From Candidatus Daviesbacteria bacterium (lineage in GTDB: Bacteria > Patescibacteriota > Microgenomatia > Daviesbacterales > UBA10151), in NCBI GenBank assembly GCA_016186955.1, contig JACPKP010000003.1, positions 66,290 to 130,289 on the forward strand: a DNA stretch of 64,000 nucleotides. Direction: 5' to 3'. Each line of letters opens with the position of its first letter. Positions within the stretch are counted from its first letter, which is position 1. Positions 1 to 9,215 of the stretch are shown here, one piece after another. Below the pieces are notes generated by a model. That model did no database searches and had not been told where the DNA came from. It worked only from the letters and a program-made list of their open reading frames with translations. The translations under genes and the position numbers were made by a program.

Positions 1-1
1 A

Positions 2-1402
2 TTTTTAGCTTTGACAGCCCATCTAAGTTATGAATTGACATTATCATTGCCTCTGATGGTTTTTGCCTACCAATTACTTATGAAATTTAAAACAGGCAAA
101 TGGCGCTGGAAACTGTCAATACCGTATTTTTTCATAGTTTTAACTTATCTGTTTGTTAAATTTGGGTTAGTACATATGTATGGGGCACAAAAATATTTAG
201 CTGATAACTTTTTACTTACCTGGCTAGTTATGTTAAAAGTTTTTGTTTTATATATAAAACTGCTGGTTTTTCCACTCAACTTATCTATAGATCCGTCTCT
301 TGGACCCGGAATACAGGTACTCCTGGACCCCTTCAGCAATATTAATTATTTAAAATCCCTGACAATTTTTACTCCTGAGATTTTTTTGAGCTTGGTAGTC
401 TTGGTAATAATCATTTTTCTAGGTTTTAAAAACTTTAAGAAAAACCCTTGGGTTATATTCGGGATTGGCTGGTTTTTTATTGCCCTTTCGCCGGTATCCT
501 ATATATTTCCACAAGATGCAGCGTATCAGGAGAGGTATCTTTATATCGCCTCATTTGGGTACACTTTTATTTTATCCTGTTTGATATTTAAAATTTTTTC
601 TTTAAAGAAAAAATTTCTTTGGATAAAATATCTGACTATCTTTTGCTTAATTTTTTACCTGTCTTTTTATCTAACCAGAACATTTTTGAGAAATATGGAT
701 TGGAAGGATTCGGTGACTATGTGGAGAAAAGTTGTTACCCAAATCCCAGATTCTGTTGTGCAAAATTATGTTTATGCAATACATCTTGAGAGTGCGGGGG
801 ATAAATCTTTAGCGTTGGAGCAATACATTAAAGTTATTAACCTGGAGCCCCAATTTATAGATATTTATACAAAGATAGCAGAGATTTATAATGAGCAGGG
901 GAATATAAAAAGGGCTGTTACTTTTTTAAACACAGCCTTATTTTTGGATCCTGGCCATAAATCCAGCAAAGAACTATTAAATTCTATCATCGACAAAAAT
1001 AGTTCAACAGAGGGGATAATTATGACAGAAGGTTGGGTAGGACGGAAGATAGATGGTTTTCTCGTTTTTTATCCGGCAGATTGGAAAATAAATTTGGGAA
1101 AACAGTTTGAATTTAGAAACAGAGCTGGCGATTTTTTTCTACGATTAAAATTTAATGAGTTGGAAAATTTAACTGCAGATGCTTTTGTAAAAAAACAAAA
1201 AGTATCTGCAAAAGTAGAAAAAGAAGGACCGGCAAAGTTACCAAATTTCAATCCCGCATATGTTAGAATTTTACAGGACAATCAGATGCAACTTTTTTTA
1301 TTTAGACGTACAAAAGTTGTTGAGGTATTATTGCTGCCGAAAGATTCACCAGAGATGAAAGTTTTTGAAGAAATGATCGGACTTTTAACCCCGCTTGAGT
1401 AA
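2..1402 (+). CDS. TMTC-like (DUF1736-type) GT-C membrane glycosyltransferase with C-terminal TPR repeats; 5' end lies outside the window (frame open to position 2; ORF track starts at TTG 11)
   Basis: Shares the P(Q/V)GPxxxERYLYxASFGF then RNxDW(K/Q)D then TPR architecture with the ORFs at 5187 and 7004. TPR-like helices appear at aa ~250-330. No in-frame stop upstream to the window edge. Confidence 0.6.
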   Translation, partial: FLALTAHLSYELTLSLPLMVFAYQLLMKFKTGKWRWKLSIPYFFIVLTYLFVKFGLVHMYGAQKYLADNFLLTWLVMLKVFVLYIKLLVFPLNLSIDPSLGPGIQVLLDPFSNINYLKSLTIFTPEIFLSLVVLVIIIFLGFKNFKKNPWVIFGIGWFFIALSPVSYIFPQDAAYQERYLYIASFGYTFILSCLIFKIFSLKKKFLWIKYLTIFCLIFYLSFYLTRTFLRNMDWKDSVTMWRKVVTQIPDSVVQNYVYAIHLESAGDKSLALEQYIKVINLEPQFIDIYTKIAEIYNEQGNIKRAVTFLNTALFLDPGHKSSKELLNSIIDKNSSTEGIIMTEGWVGRKIDGFLVFYPADWKINLGKQFEFRNRAGDFFLRLKFNELENLTADAFVKKQKVSAKVEKEGPAKLPNFNPAYVRILQDNQMQLFLFRRTKVVEVLLLPKDSPEMKVFEEMIGLLTPLE

Positions 1403-2848
1403 ATGATAAAAATTATTAAAAGATATAAGTTTTGGGTTTTACCCCTTTTCCTATTTATATCCCAGGCGGTGTATACATTTAATTCAATGGGGCAGATTAG
1501 ATACGAAGAGCTTGCTGAATCTGTCAGAAATCCTTTCTGGTTTCAAAACAGATTAATGTTTGACGGATTATCCGGCAGTCTGTCTTGGTATGGTTTTCAG
1601 GCTCTGGTCTATAATATTTTCGGTTTCCATCTATTTGCCGCTAAAGTTATTAGGTTAATACTGGCAGGGATATCGATTTTTTGCCTTGCAGGTATTTTAA
1701 AAAAATATTTAGGCATCAGGAATGGTTTGATACCGCTGCTGGCTATTGGTATCTCACCGACACTTCTTTATTTTAATATTTTACAAACTACATATGGTAT
1801 GGATTTGCAGTTTTTGCCAATATGCCTTTACCTCTTGTCACGGATTTATCAAAACCCTCAAAAAACCTTAAACCATATCTTACTTTGGATGTTAGTTATG
1901 ATTGCCTGGCTTTGCTACCCTAACTTTGTTTTTTATATTCCTGCGTTGGGTGTAGTGGATTATGTTATTTTACGGGGTAGCAAAATACAGAGTAAATCCA
2001 AAAAGGTCTCATTTTCAATTATCGCTTTTTTATCCCCACTGCTGATTGTATTTTTTTATATTAAAAATAGGCAGGATCTGATCTATGATCCGGTTGCCAA
2101 AAGCGGATTATTTAGGGGTGGGGTAAAATCAGGGTTGGACTTTTCTTCTCTTTGGCCGAGTCTGCAGGTGACACTGGGCGATCTTTTTCAAAAGGGGAAC
2201 AGTTATTATTTTGAATTAAAAAATGCTGAATTTTCAGGATATTATCCAATCACTGCCGTTTTACTAGTAGTGGCCGCAAGTTTTTATATTTTTTTTACTT
2301 TAAAAAAAATCAGATTAATTTTAGGGGTTATATATCTGACAGTTTTACTGACAATATTTTTAGGGCACAGCGCCGGAGACAGTGTATTTTCGGGCATCCG
2401 CAGGGCTACACCTCTTCTGGTTTCTTTTTACATACTTTATTCAATAGTCTGGTCATTTATATTGAAACTTAAGATAAAAATGAAGTTTTTAAAGTTTTCT
2501 CTGGTCTGCCTTTTGCTGCTTTTACCCCTTCACCACTTGCTGGTATATCCGGAAAACCTCTTATTTTTAAAAAGATATAGCCCTTATAGGAACCAGGGAT
2601 GGTTTGCAGTTGGTTCCTCTCCGGAGAAATCCCTTGATATTTTAGTTAGCCAGGTGCAAAAAGATGACTTGAAATTGGCATGTAAAGATAACAAAGGTCA
2701 AACAAACCTTTGTAGATATCAAGAAGTTTATGCAGCTGTTGCAGGGTCATGTTTGTGGAACAGATTGGAGTGTCATAAAATTTTAGGGTATGATGAAAGA
2801 ACTAAAAAAATGATCCCATTGTCGGTTGAACTTCTAGATCCCGATTAA
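1403..2848 (+). CDS. Polytopic membrane protein of unknown family, possibly glycosyltransferase-like; paralog of 3566..5005
   Basis: 481-aa ORF with many hydrophobic helices. Motif QIRYEELAESVRNPFWFQNR and the Cys-containing C-terminal block CRYxE(V/I)YAAVAGSCLWNRLxCHKILGYD are conserved with 3566..5005. Start abuts the upstream stop (TAAATG). Confidence 0.55.
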   Translation: MIKIIKRYKFWVLPLFLFISQAVYTFNSMGQIRYEELAESVRNPFWFQNRLMFDGLSGSLSWYGFQALVYNIFGFHLFAAKVIRLILAGISIFCLAGILKKYLGIRNGLIPLLAIGISPTLLYFNILQTTYGMDLQFLPICLYLLSRIYQNPQKTLNHILLWMLVMIAWLCYPNFVFYIPALGVVDYVILRGSKIQSKSKKVSFSIIAFLSPLLIVFFYIKNRQDLIYDPVAKSGLFRGGVKSGLDFSSLWPSLQVTLGDLFQKGNSYYFELKNAEFSGYYPITAVLLVVAASFYIFFTLKKIRLILGVIYLTVLLTIFLGHSAGDSVFSGIRRATPLLVSFYILYSIVWSFILKLKIKMKFLKFSLVCLLLLLPLHHLLVYPENLLFLKRYSPYRNQGWFAVGSSPEKSLDILVSQVQKDDLKLACKDNKGQTNLCRYQEVYAAVAGSCLWNRLECHKILGYDERTKKMIPLSVELLDPD

Positions 2849-3582
2849 AGTTTTTTTTGTGCAATAGCAATTATAGATAAACCAAAATTCAAGGGAACCG
2901 TTTTATCTAGGAAATCTAAACATGGAACAAGCTTATTAATAAGCCAAGTTTGGTGTTGAGGAAGACCCTTTCTTTTTAAAAGTTTACTGTTAACAAACCA
3001 ACCCAAGGCGCCTAGCTTATTAATATAAAATATTTTTTTTATTTTAAAGTTTGTTTTGACTAATTTATTTGATATCTCTTTTTTGGAGTATCTTCTAAAA
3101 TGGCCCACCCTTTTATCATAAGATCCATATAAAAAATTATGTGCAGGAGCAAGCAGTATGAGAATACCCTTATCCTTCAGCAATTTAGAAATATTGATTA
3201 ATACTTTCATATCATCTCGGGTATGTTCGACAACATTTACAGCAACGATAGTCTGAAATTTTTTGTTTATTTTACATGGTTTAGTTATATCCAAAAATAA
3301 AGGCTGTTTTGAAAACTGTTTAAGTTTTTTGATATATTTTTTATTAATCTCAGAAGGAGTAACATTGAAACCGGTAGATATTAATATCGAGGTAATAGTG
3401 CCAATACCGCTTCCGATTTCCAAAACGTCATTTTTTATAAAGTTTTTAAACTTAGAAACAAGCCAAAGGTTGTAAGCATTAAGCCCTGAAAGTGTTTCTA
3501 ACGCTTGTATCTGCAAATCCATAAATTGATATTTATTTTTTGCTAATATATCATTTCCATCATCAATGCAAAAGAGGTTCAA
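2845..3582 (-). CDS. Class I SAM-dependent methyltransferase
   Basis: Motif I VLEIGSGIGTIT followed by an acidic residue after strand 2. Length 245 aa. Confidence 0.7.
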   Translation of the reverse strand: MNLFCIDDGNDILAKNKYQFMDLQIQALETLSGLNAYNLWLVSKFKNFIKNDVLEIGSGIGTITSILISTGFNVTPSEINKKYIKKLKQFSKQPLFLDITKPCKINKKFQTIVAVNVVEHTRDDMKVLINISKLLKDKGILILLAPAHNFLYGSYDKRVGHFRRYSKKEISNKLVKTNFKIKKIFYINKLGALGWFVNSKLLKRKGLPQHQTWLINKLVPCLDFLDKTVPLNFGLSIIAIAQKKL

Positions 3583-5005
3583 GGGTTGGTATTGGTTTTT
3601 GGTTTTGATTTTATTTGGTTTTCAGACAATTTTTATTTTTAACTCTTTGGACCAGATACGTTATGAAGAATTAGCAGAATCTGTAAGGAACCCTTTTTGG
3701 TTTCAGAATAGGCTGATATACGATGGCACCTCCGGTAGTATCTTTTGGTATGGAATTTTAGCATCCGTTTACAATATTTTTGGGTTTAGTTTATTCACTG
3801 CCAAATTCGTCAGGTTATTTTTATATCTAATATCGCTGTTGTCGCTGGCAGCTTTATTAAAAAAATATTTTGGAGTAAAAAAAGCTGTAATCCCTCTTAT
3901 AACAATAGGGTTTTCACCGACTCTGCTGTATTTTAATACAATACAAACCATAGGAATTGACTTGGTATGGCTGCCGATATCCCTGTATCTGCTTAGTCGA
4001 ATAGATTTTAAGAAGGGTGCTTTTACACAAATTTTATTTTGGGTGATTTTAATGTTTTCCTGGCTTTCTTATCCTACTGTTATTTTTTATACCCCTGCGC
4101 TAGTTCTCATATATGGATATAAATTATTTAAAACAAAAGCAGCAATACTAAAAAATGTTTTGATAAGTACAGCAACATTTTTTATGCCTCTAATTTTAAC
4201 CTTTATTTACATCACAAACAGAGAATGGATGATATACGACCCGCACCTTAGAAACGGTTTGTTTAGGGGTGCAGGACTGTTGCAGTTTGACGGCGGGTTT
4301 TTCTTTAGAAATCTTAATATCTTGAGTATGAATTTATTTGACCGGGCTTGGGGTTATTATTTTGAGCTTTCTAATGTTGAATTTTCACATATTTTGCCGA
4401 TGTTTTCTATTGGTTTAATTTTTTACATAGCTGTTAAGGTTTTTTTCATCAGCCCAAAACTTCGCTTCTGGGTTTTTTTGGCATTTATAACACTTATTCT
4501 AAACATTGTTGTGATAAGTTTTTCAATAGATCCTAATCTTGGAATCAGACGGTACACCCCAGTTATCGCTTCAATTTATGTACTGTTTATAATCTGCTGG
4601 GTATATACCAGAGATCTTCAAAAAAACAACCAGTTCCGTCTTATCACAACCTTAATGCTGATTATTATACCTGCCCACCATATATTAAGCTTTCCTGTTA
4701 ACTTAGTTCATTTAAAAGATCCAAGTTATTTTCGGGAAATGGTTTGGTTTAACAGATCAGAGACTCCCCAGAAATCCCTTGATCTGGCAGTCCAGGAGGT
4801 GCAGCAACATGATTTAGATCTGATCTGTTTGGATCAAAAAAATCAGCCCTATCCTTGCAGATATAGCGAAATTTATGCTGCAGTGGCAGGTTCTTGTTTA
4901 TGGAACAGACTGCAATGCCATAAAATTTTAGGTTATGATTTCAAAACAAAAAATTTTATTCCCCTTTCCGTTGAACTCTGGAATACTTACTACTTCGGGC
5001 ATTAG
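3566..5005 (+). CDS. Polytopic membrane protein; paralog of 1403..2848
   Basis: 479 aa with the same conserved N-terminal motif and Cys-rich C-terminal block as 1403..2848. Confidence 0.55.
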   Translation: MQKRFKGWYWFLVLILFGFQTIFIFNSLDQIRYEELAESVRNPFWFQNRLIYDGTSGSIFWYGILASVYNIFGFSLFTAKFVRLFLYLISLLSLAALLKKYFGVKKAVIPLITIGFSPTLLYFNTIQTIGIDLVWLPISLYLLSRIDFKKGAFTQILFWVILMFSWLSYPTVIFYTPALVLIYGYKLFKTKAAILKNVLISTATFFMPLILTFIYITNREWMIYDPHLRNGLFRGAGLLQFDGGFFFRNLNILSMNLFDRAWGYYFELSNVEFSHILPMFSIGLIFYIAVKVFFISPKLRFWVFLAFITLILNIVVISFSIDPNLGIRRYTPVIASIYVLFIICWVYTRDLQKNNQFRLITTLMLIIIPAHHILSFPVNLVHLKDPSYFREMVWFNRSETPQKSLDLAVQEVQQHDLDLICLDQKNQPYPCRYSEIYAAVAGSCLWNRLQCHKILGYDFKTKNFIPLSVELWNTYYFGH

Positions 5006-5186
5006 CTCGAAGCAAGCTTGCTTATTTCGAGCATTAGCAAGAAACAAATTTGTTTATTTTGGACACTAAATTTAATTTACAATTTATAGTTTGCAATTTA
5101 CAATGAATTTTCAGTTACACAATTTTTAAACTATTGATACATTATAAATTCAATGAAAATTAGAAATTAAAAATTGAAAATTATCA

Positions 5187-6965
5187 ATGATGTTAAAAAA
5201 ATTAAAATCACAAAAAGTTCAACTTCTGATAATTATTATTTTAACCTTTCTTGCTTATTCAAATATCTTCACCAACCACCTTGTTATAGATGACCAGTTT
5301 TTTATCAAAGAATGGCCCCAGATGCAAAACTTTGATGTTGGTGTATTGCTTGGTGGTTCACTTCCTGCAAAGGCCAGCGGGGTCTACCGGCCGATCAGAA
5401 GCTTACTTTATGCATTTTATTACCAGATAGGAGGGGAGAATACATTCATTTATCATCTACACTCAATCCTCGTCCACCTGGCAGCAACATTGTTAGTCTA
5501 TTTTATAACCAGGCAGCTCATTCTCACCCCGGGGGTGAAAAACTTGAGATTACACCCCCGGGGTGGTCACTGGTTGGCTTTTTTAACTGCCCTTCTTTTC
5601 GGCCTGCACCCAATCCATACAGAAGAAATTACATATATCTCAGCCAGCATGGATGCAACAGGGATTGTGTTTTTGTTGGCCTCATTTTACCTGTATATGC
5701 GCTCGCAATTCACCCCGGGGGTGAAAAAAATGCAGCTACACCCCCGGGGTGTAGTCTTGGGAGGTTCAATAGCTTTCGCATTACTGGCATTTTTCACAAA
5801 CGAATTAACGCTGATACTGCCAGTACTCATCATTTTATATGAGATCTATTTTGGCAAAATTGCAGCCTCATCAATAAGATTGCCACGTCCTCCGATGGAC
5901 ATCGGAGTCCTCGCAATGACAATGTTTTACTTTGGTTTAACTGCTTTCTATATGTTTGTGAGGTTTTTTGTGGTCCAAGTTCCATTCAGCAGGGGGGATT
6001 ATCTGGCCCAAAGTTTTTACCATACTATGTTGGTGATGCCGGGAATCGTTTTGAAGTATATTTATCTTCTTGTTGTTCCTTTAAAACTTTCTTTTTACCA
6101 CACTCTTGCTCCTGGCTTTGAAAATTATATGGTGGCTTACACTCGTTTTGATTCAATTTTAAAAAAGTCATTTTTTGATGCTGATGTTTTATTGTCCCTG
6201 GTAGGATTGATTGGACTGATAGGACTTATTTTCTGGTTTTTCCAAAAAAACCGGTTGGTTAGTTTTTGTCTGGCCTGGTTTTTTATCACAATGTTACCAG
6301 TCTCATACATTATACCAGTTGGCCCGGCAATTTCTGAAAGATATCTATATTTGGCTTCCTTTGGGTTTTGTTTATTGGCAGGCTATCTGATGATAAAAAT
6401 TTCTAATTTCAAATTTCTAATTTCAAATTTCAAACTCCTTTTTTTAACTTTTAACTTTTTACTTTTAACTTTTTACTTTTACCAGACTTATCAACGCAAC
6501 TGGGATTGGCAGGATATACCCTCTCTTTACAAAAGCACATTAAGGGTTTATCAGAAGAGCCTAATTGCCAGCTATCATCTGGCTGTTTATTACTCAAATA
6601 ACCAACAATTTGCATTGGCAGTTCCTGCTTACCAGAAAGTATTAAGCATAGAGCCGGATTTTTATGAAGCCCATGCTAATTTAGGGAGCGCCTATTTTAA
6701 TTTAGGCCTGAAAGATGAGGCAGGGATCCAATACCAAAGGGCATTAAGCATTAATCCAAATTTTTTAGATGCCTATTTAGGTTTAGCATCTGTTTACAAA
6801 CAACAAGGAAAATCTAAAACTGCGGTGGAAATGTTAAAAAAAGGTTTAGATATTGATCCTGGAAAATACAAAACTTTAGGAGTGTTAAAAAGCCCGGAGG
6901 AGATCAATATTAAACTGGCTGGTATCCGTAAAATGCTAAAGGAGTTGCAAACTCCAACCCATTGA
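5187..6965 (+). CDS. TMTC-like (DUF1736) GT-C glycosyltransferase with C-terminal TPR; carries in-frame palindromic insertions
   Basis: Motifs GVYRPIRSLxYA, GLHPIHTEE, PVGPAISERYLYLASFGF and RNWDWQD, followed by TPR repeats (AHANLGSAYFNLG..., AYLGLASVYKQQG). Paralog of 7004..9091. Confidence 0.7.
   Translation: MMLKKLKSQKVQLLIIIILTFLAYSNIFTNHLVIDDQFFIKEWPQMQNFDVGVLLGGSLPAKASGVYRPIRSLLYAFYYQIGGENTFIYHLHSILVHLAATLLVYFITRQLILTPGVKNLRLHPRGGHWLAFLTALLFGLHPIHTEEITYISASMDATGIVFLLASFYLYMRSQFTPGVKKMQLHPRGVVLGGSIAFALLAFFTNELTLILPVLIILYEIYFGKIAASSIRLPRPPMDIGVLAMTMFYFGLTAFYMFVRFFVVQVPFSRGDYLAQSFYHTMLVMPGIVLKYIYLLVVPLKLSFYHTLAPGFENYMVAYTRFDSILKKSFFDADVLLSLVGLIGLIGLIFWFFQKNRLVSFCLAWFFITMLPVSYIIPVGPAISERYLYLASFGFCLLAGYLMIKISNFKFLISNFKLLFLTFNFLLLTFYFYQTYQRNWDWQDIPSLYKSTLRVYQKSLIASYHLAVYYSNNQQFALAVPAYQKVLSIEPDFYEAHANLGSAYFNLGLKDEAGIQYQRALSINPNFLDAYLGLASVYKQQGKSKTAVEMLKKGLDIDPGKYKTLGVLKSPEEINIKLAGIRKMLKELQTPTH
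5525..5565. repeat. 41-bp palindromic element, copy 1 (13-bp stem CACCCCGGGGGTG / CACCCCCGGGGTG, 15-nt loop), in-frame inside the CDS
   Basis: Perfect inverted repeat read directly from the sequence. It encodes an extra LTPGVKNLRLHPRG segment that the paralog 7004..9091 lacks. Confidence 0.75.
5711..5751. repeat. 41-bp palindromic element, copy 2 (same 13-bp stems, different 15-nt loop), in-frame inside the CDS
   Basis: Perfect inverted repeat. It encodes FTPGVKKMQLHPRG, which is absent from the paralog. Confidence 0.75.
6396..6482. repeat. Two adjacent 14-nt tandem duplications (TTTCTAATTTCAAA x2 and ACTTTTAACTTTTT x2, each with a partial third copy) inside the CDS
   Basis: Read directly. 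Translates to KISNFKFLISNFKLLFLTFNFLLLTFYFY. The words resemble the AT-rich intergenic motifs at 44462-44560. Confidence 0.6.
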
Positions 6966-7003
6966 TTACTCAACTTCTACTGTGATATTCTCAGCTCATC
7001 GCT

Positions 7004-9091
7004 ATGGAGCAAGTTTTCAAATATCTGGATAAAAATAAGTATTTGGGGCTTGTTATTGTTTTGGTGGCTACTTTTTTAGTTTATGCAAACTCACTCCAAA
7101 ATGGGTTTGTAATTGAAGATGATATTTATATCAAAAATTGGTCTCTCACCCAAAGCCTTGCCAACATCCCAAAAATGTTTGGCGGGGATACTGCCCCAAC
7201 CGGGAATTATGGCATCTACAGGCCATTGCGGGGGGTATTTTATGCAATCAGTTATGCAATGTGGGGCGCTTCTAACCCTTTAATCTATCATACTCAGGCA
7301 TTATTGGTGCATCTTATCATCACCGGGCTAGTATTTTTGATAGCCCTGCAGGTTTTTAAAAAACCTTACCTGGCTACCCTGGCAGGTCTTTTGTTCGGCC
7401 TTCATCCTATTCATACAGAACCGGTCGATTACCTGACCGCTAATTTTGATGCAGTCTCCTACATCTTTTTTTTCGGTTCGCTTTACTTTTACTTAAAGAG
7501 TCTAAAACTGCCAAAATTTGATATCAACTATTACCTGTCTTTAGCCCTGGCAACATTGGGGTTTTTCTATTTCGAAATGACTTTAACACTGCCGTTTCTG
7601 GTACTTGCCTATGATTTTTGTTTCAGAAGAAAGATGTTTAAAAAATGGGAGGATACTTTAAAAATATACGGGCCTTATTTTTTCGCAGCAGGAGTTTTTC
7701 TGTTTATAAGAATTGTTTTACTCAATATGACTGTCAGGGGGGAATATTTAGGGGGAAGTTTTTATCTGACCATGCTCACCATGGTTAAAGTGATAGTAAA
7801 ATACCTATATCTTTTGATCTTTCCCCTTAACCTCTCAATTAACCCCCAGATTGCAGACGGCATTTATTCCTGGGTTCACCCTCTTGCTAGGATGGACAAA
7901 ATTCTTTCTCAGTCAATTTTTAATCCGGATATCTTGGCAAGATTGGGGTTGCTAGGCGGACTTTTTTATGCTGCGTATTTTTTTTACAAAAAACTGCCTA
8001 TGGTTCCGTTTTGTATCTTCTGGTTTTTTATCTCAATTTTGCCAATCTCCTATATCATCCCGCAGGGGCCAATTATGCAGGAAAGATATATCTATACCGC
8101 CTCGTTTGGGTTTGTCATGCTTTTGGTATATCTTTTTGATTATCTGCAACACCATGATTTCAGTAAAAACAAAAAAAGATCAAAAGAGGTCCGTGAAATC
8201 CTGCAGCCTGCACTGGTTACGTTACTTATTATAACCCTATCTTTTTATGCCTTCAGGACATTTACCAGAAACAGGGATTGGAAAGACTCTTTTGCGGTTT
8301 GGTCAACTTTAGCAAAAGAGTCTCCGCAGGATGTGATAGCAAACTTTTACACAGCCAACCTTTATGCCCAAAATAATATGGATGATTTGGCAACGCAGTA
8401 TTATAACAAGGCGCTGTCAGTGGAATATAAACTTCATGAAGCGCATTTTGCTTTAGGAAAAATAGCCTTCAAGCAGGGCAATTTTGACTCTGCGGCCACT
8501 AAATTTTATCAAACCCTTGCTATAAACCCAAACTTTACTCCGGCTCTTGAAGGTTTAGACCTGATAAACAAGGAAGCAACCGCAGAAGGAAAACTGAACA
8601 AGGAAAATATCTGGAAAGAATGCACCCTGCAGCAACAGTCTGAAATTACACTTATTTTTTCCTGTCCAACTACTTGGAAGATGATCAAAACTAAGCAAGG
8701 TTTAACCCTGAAAGATACGAAGGGCGAATTCCATATAGAGATGAGTTTGGACAGCGCCCAAGGCGAACCCAATTTGGATGAATATCTTGCCAAGCAAACA
8801 GATACATATGGTAATTTAGTCAACCAGGGCCTTGCCAATTTCCTGAATTTTGACGCAGCTGCAGTCAAAGTATGGGAGGAACCAGCAGAAGAGGCGACCC
8901 AGCCCAAAAAAACCCAGAAGAAAGATGGGGGAGAACAAACCCAGCCTGAACAAAATTTGCAAAAATTACAGTTCTTCCTTTTTAAAGGAAGTAATGTTAT
9001 TAAAATACTTGTTTACCCCTCAAACTCTCCTTTAATGCCTAAATTTGAAAGGTTAGTCAGCTCTATCAAAGAAGTTGAGAAAGCTCCCTAG
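7004..9091 (+). CDS. TMTC-like (DUF1736) GT-C glycosyltransferase with TPR repeats and an acidic/lysine-rich C-terminal extension
   Basis: Motifs GIYRPLRGVFYA, GLHPIHTEP, PQGPIMQERYIYTASFGF and RNRDWKD. TPR: YTANLYAQNN..., AHFALGKIAFKQGNFDSA. Confidence 0.7.
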   Translation: MEQVFKYLDKNKYLGLVIVLVATFLVYANSLQNGFVIEDDIYIKNWSLTQSLANIPKMFGGDTAPTGNYGIYRPLRGVFYAISYAMWGASNPLIYHTQALLVHLIITGLVFLIALQVFKKPYLATLAGLLFGLHPIHTEPVDYLTANFDAVSYIFFFGSLYFYLKSLKLPKFDINYYLSLALATLGFFYFEMTLTLPFLVLAYDFCFRRKMFKKWEDTLKIYGPYFFAAGVFLFIRIVLLNMTVRGEYLGGSFYLTMLTMVKVIVKYLYLLIFPLNLSINPQIADGIYSWVHPLARMDKILSQSIFNPDILARLGLLGGLFYAAYFFYKKLPMVPFCIFWFFISILPISYIIPQGPIMQERYIYTASFGFVMLLVYLFDYLQHHDFSKNKKRSKEVREILQPALVTLLIITLSFYAFRTFTRNRDWKDSFAVWSTLAKESPQDVIANFYTANLYAQNNMDDLATQYYNKALSVEYKLHEAHFALGKIAFKQGNFDSAATKFYQTLAINPNFTPALEGLDLINKEATAEGKLNKENIWKECTLQQQSEITLIFSCPTTWKMIKTKQGLTLKDTKGEFHIEMSLDSAQGEPNLDEYLAKQTDTYGNLVNQGLANFLNFDAAAVKVWEEPAEEATQPKKTQKKDGGEQTQPEQNLQKLQFFLFKGSNVIKILVYPSNSPLMPKFERLVSSIKEVEKAP

Positions 9092-9094
9092 AAG

Positions 9095-9215
9095 CTATTT
9101 CAAAACGTCATCGCGAGCGACCGGGGGGAGCATAGCGATCTTACTTCAATCAGATTGCTACGTCACTCGCTGCGCTCGTTTCTCGCAATGACATCGGGTT
9201 TTGAAATGGGCTCTA
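9095..9215. terminator. Long imperfect inverted repeat between convergent genes; putative bidirectional terminator
   Basis: TTTCAAAACGTCATCGCGAG ... CTCGCAATGACATCGGGTTTTGAAA, with a second internal dyad CGAGCG ... CGCTCG. It lies between the 3' ends of 7004..9091 (+) and 9213..10655 (-). Confidence 0.4.

Noticed and set aside
145-339. Short antisense or alternative-frame ORFs from the six-frame track nested inside long CDSs (for example 145..339, 3263..3475, 9955..10464, 19131..19526, 24089..24499, 27299..27697, 52876..53388 and 58101..58391)
   Set aside because: All are fully embedded in longer ORFs that carry recognisable family motifs. They are low-complexity, biased translations typical of the reverse strand of AT-rich genes.
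5525-5751. Reading the 41-bp GC-rich hairpins as intrinsic terminators or attenuators
   Set aside because: They lie inside an uninterrupted 592-aa ORF with homologous sequence on both sides, have no following T-tract, and the frame is preserved.
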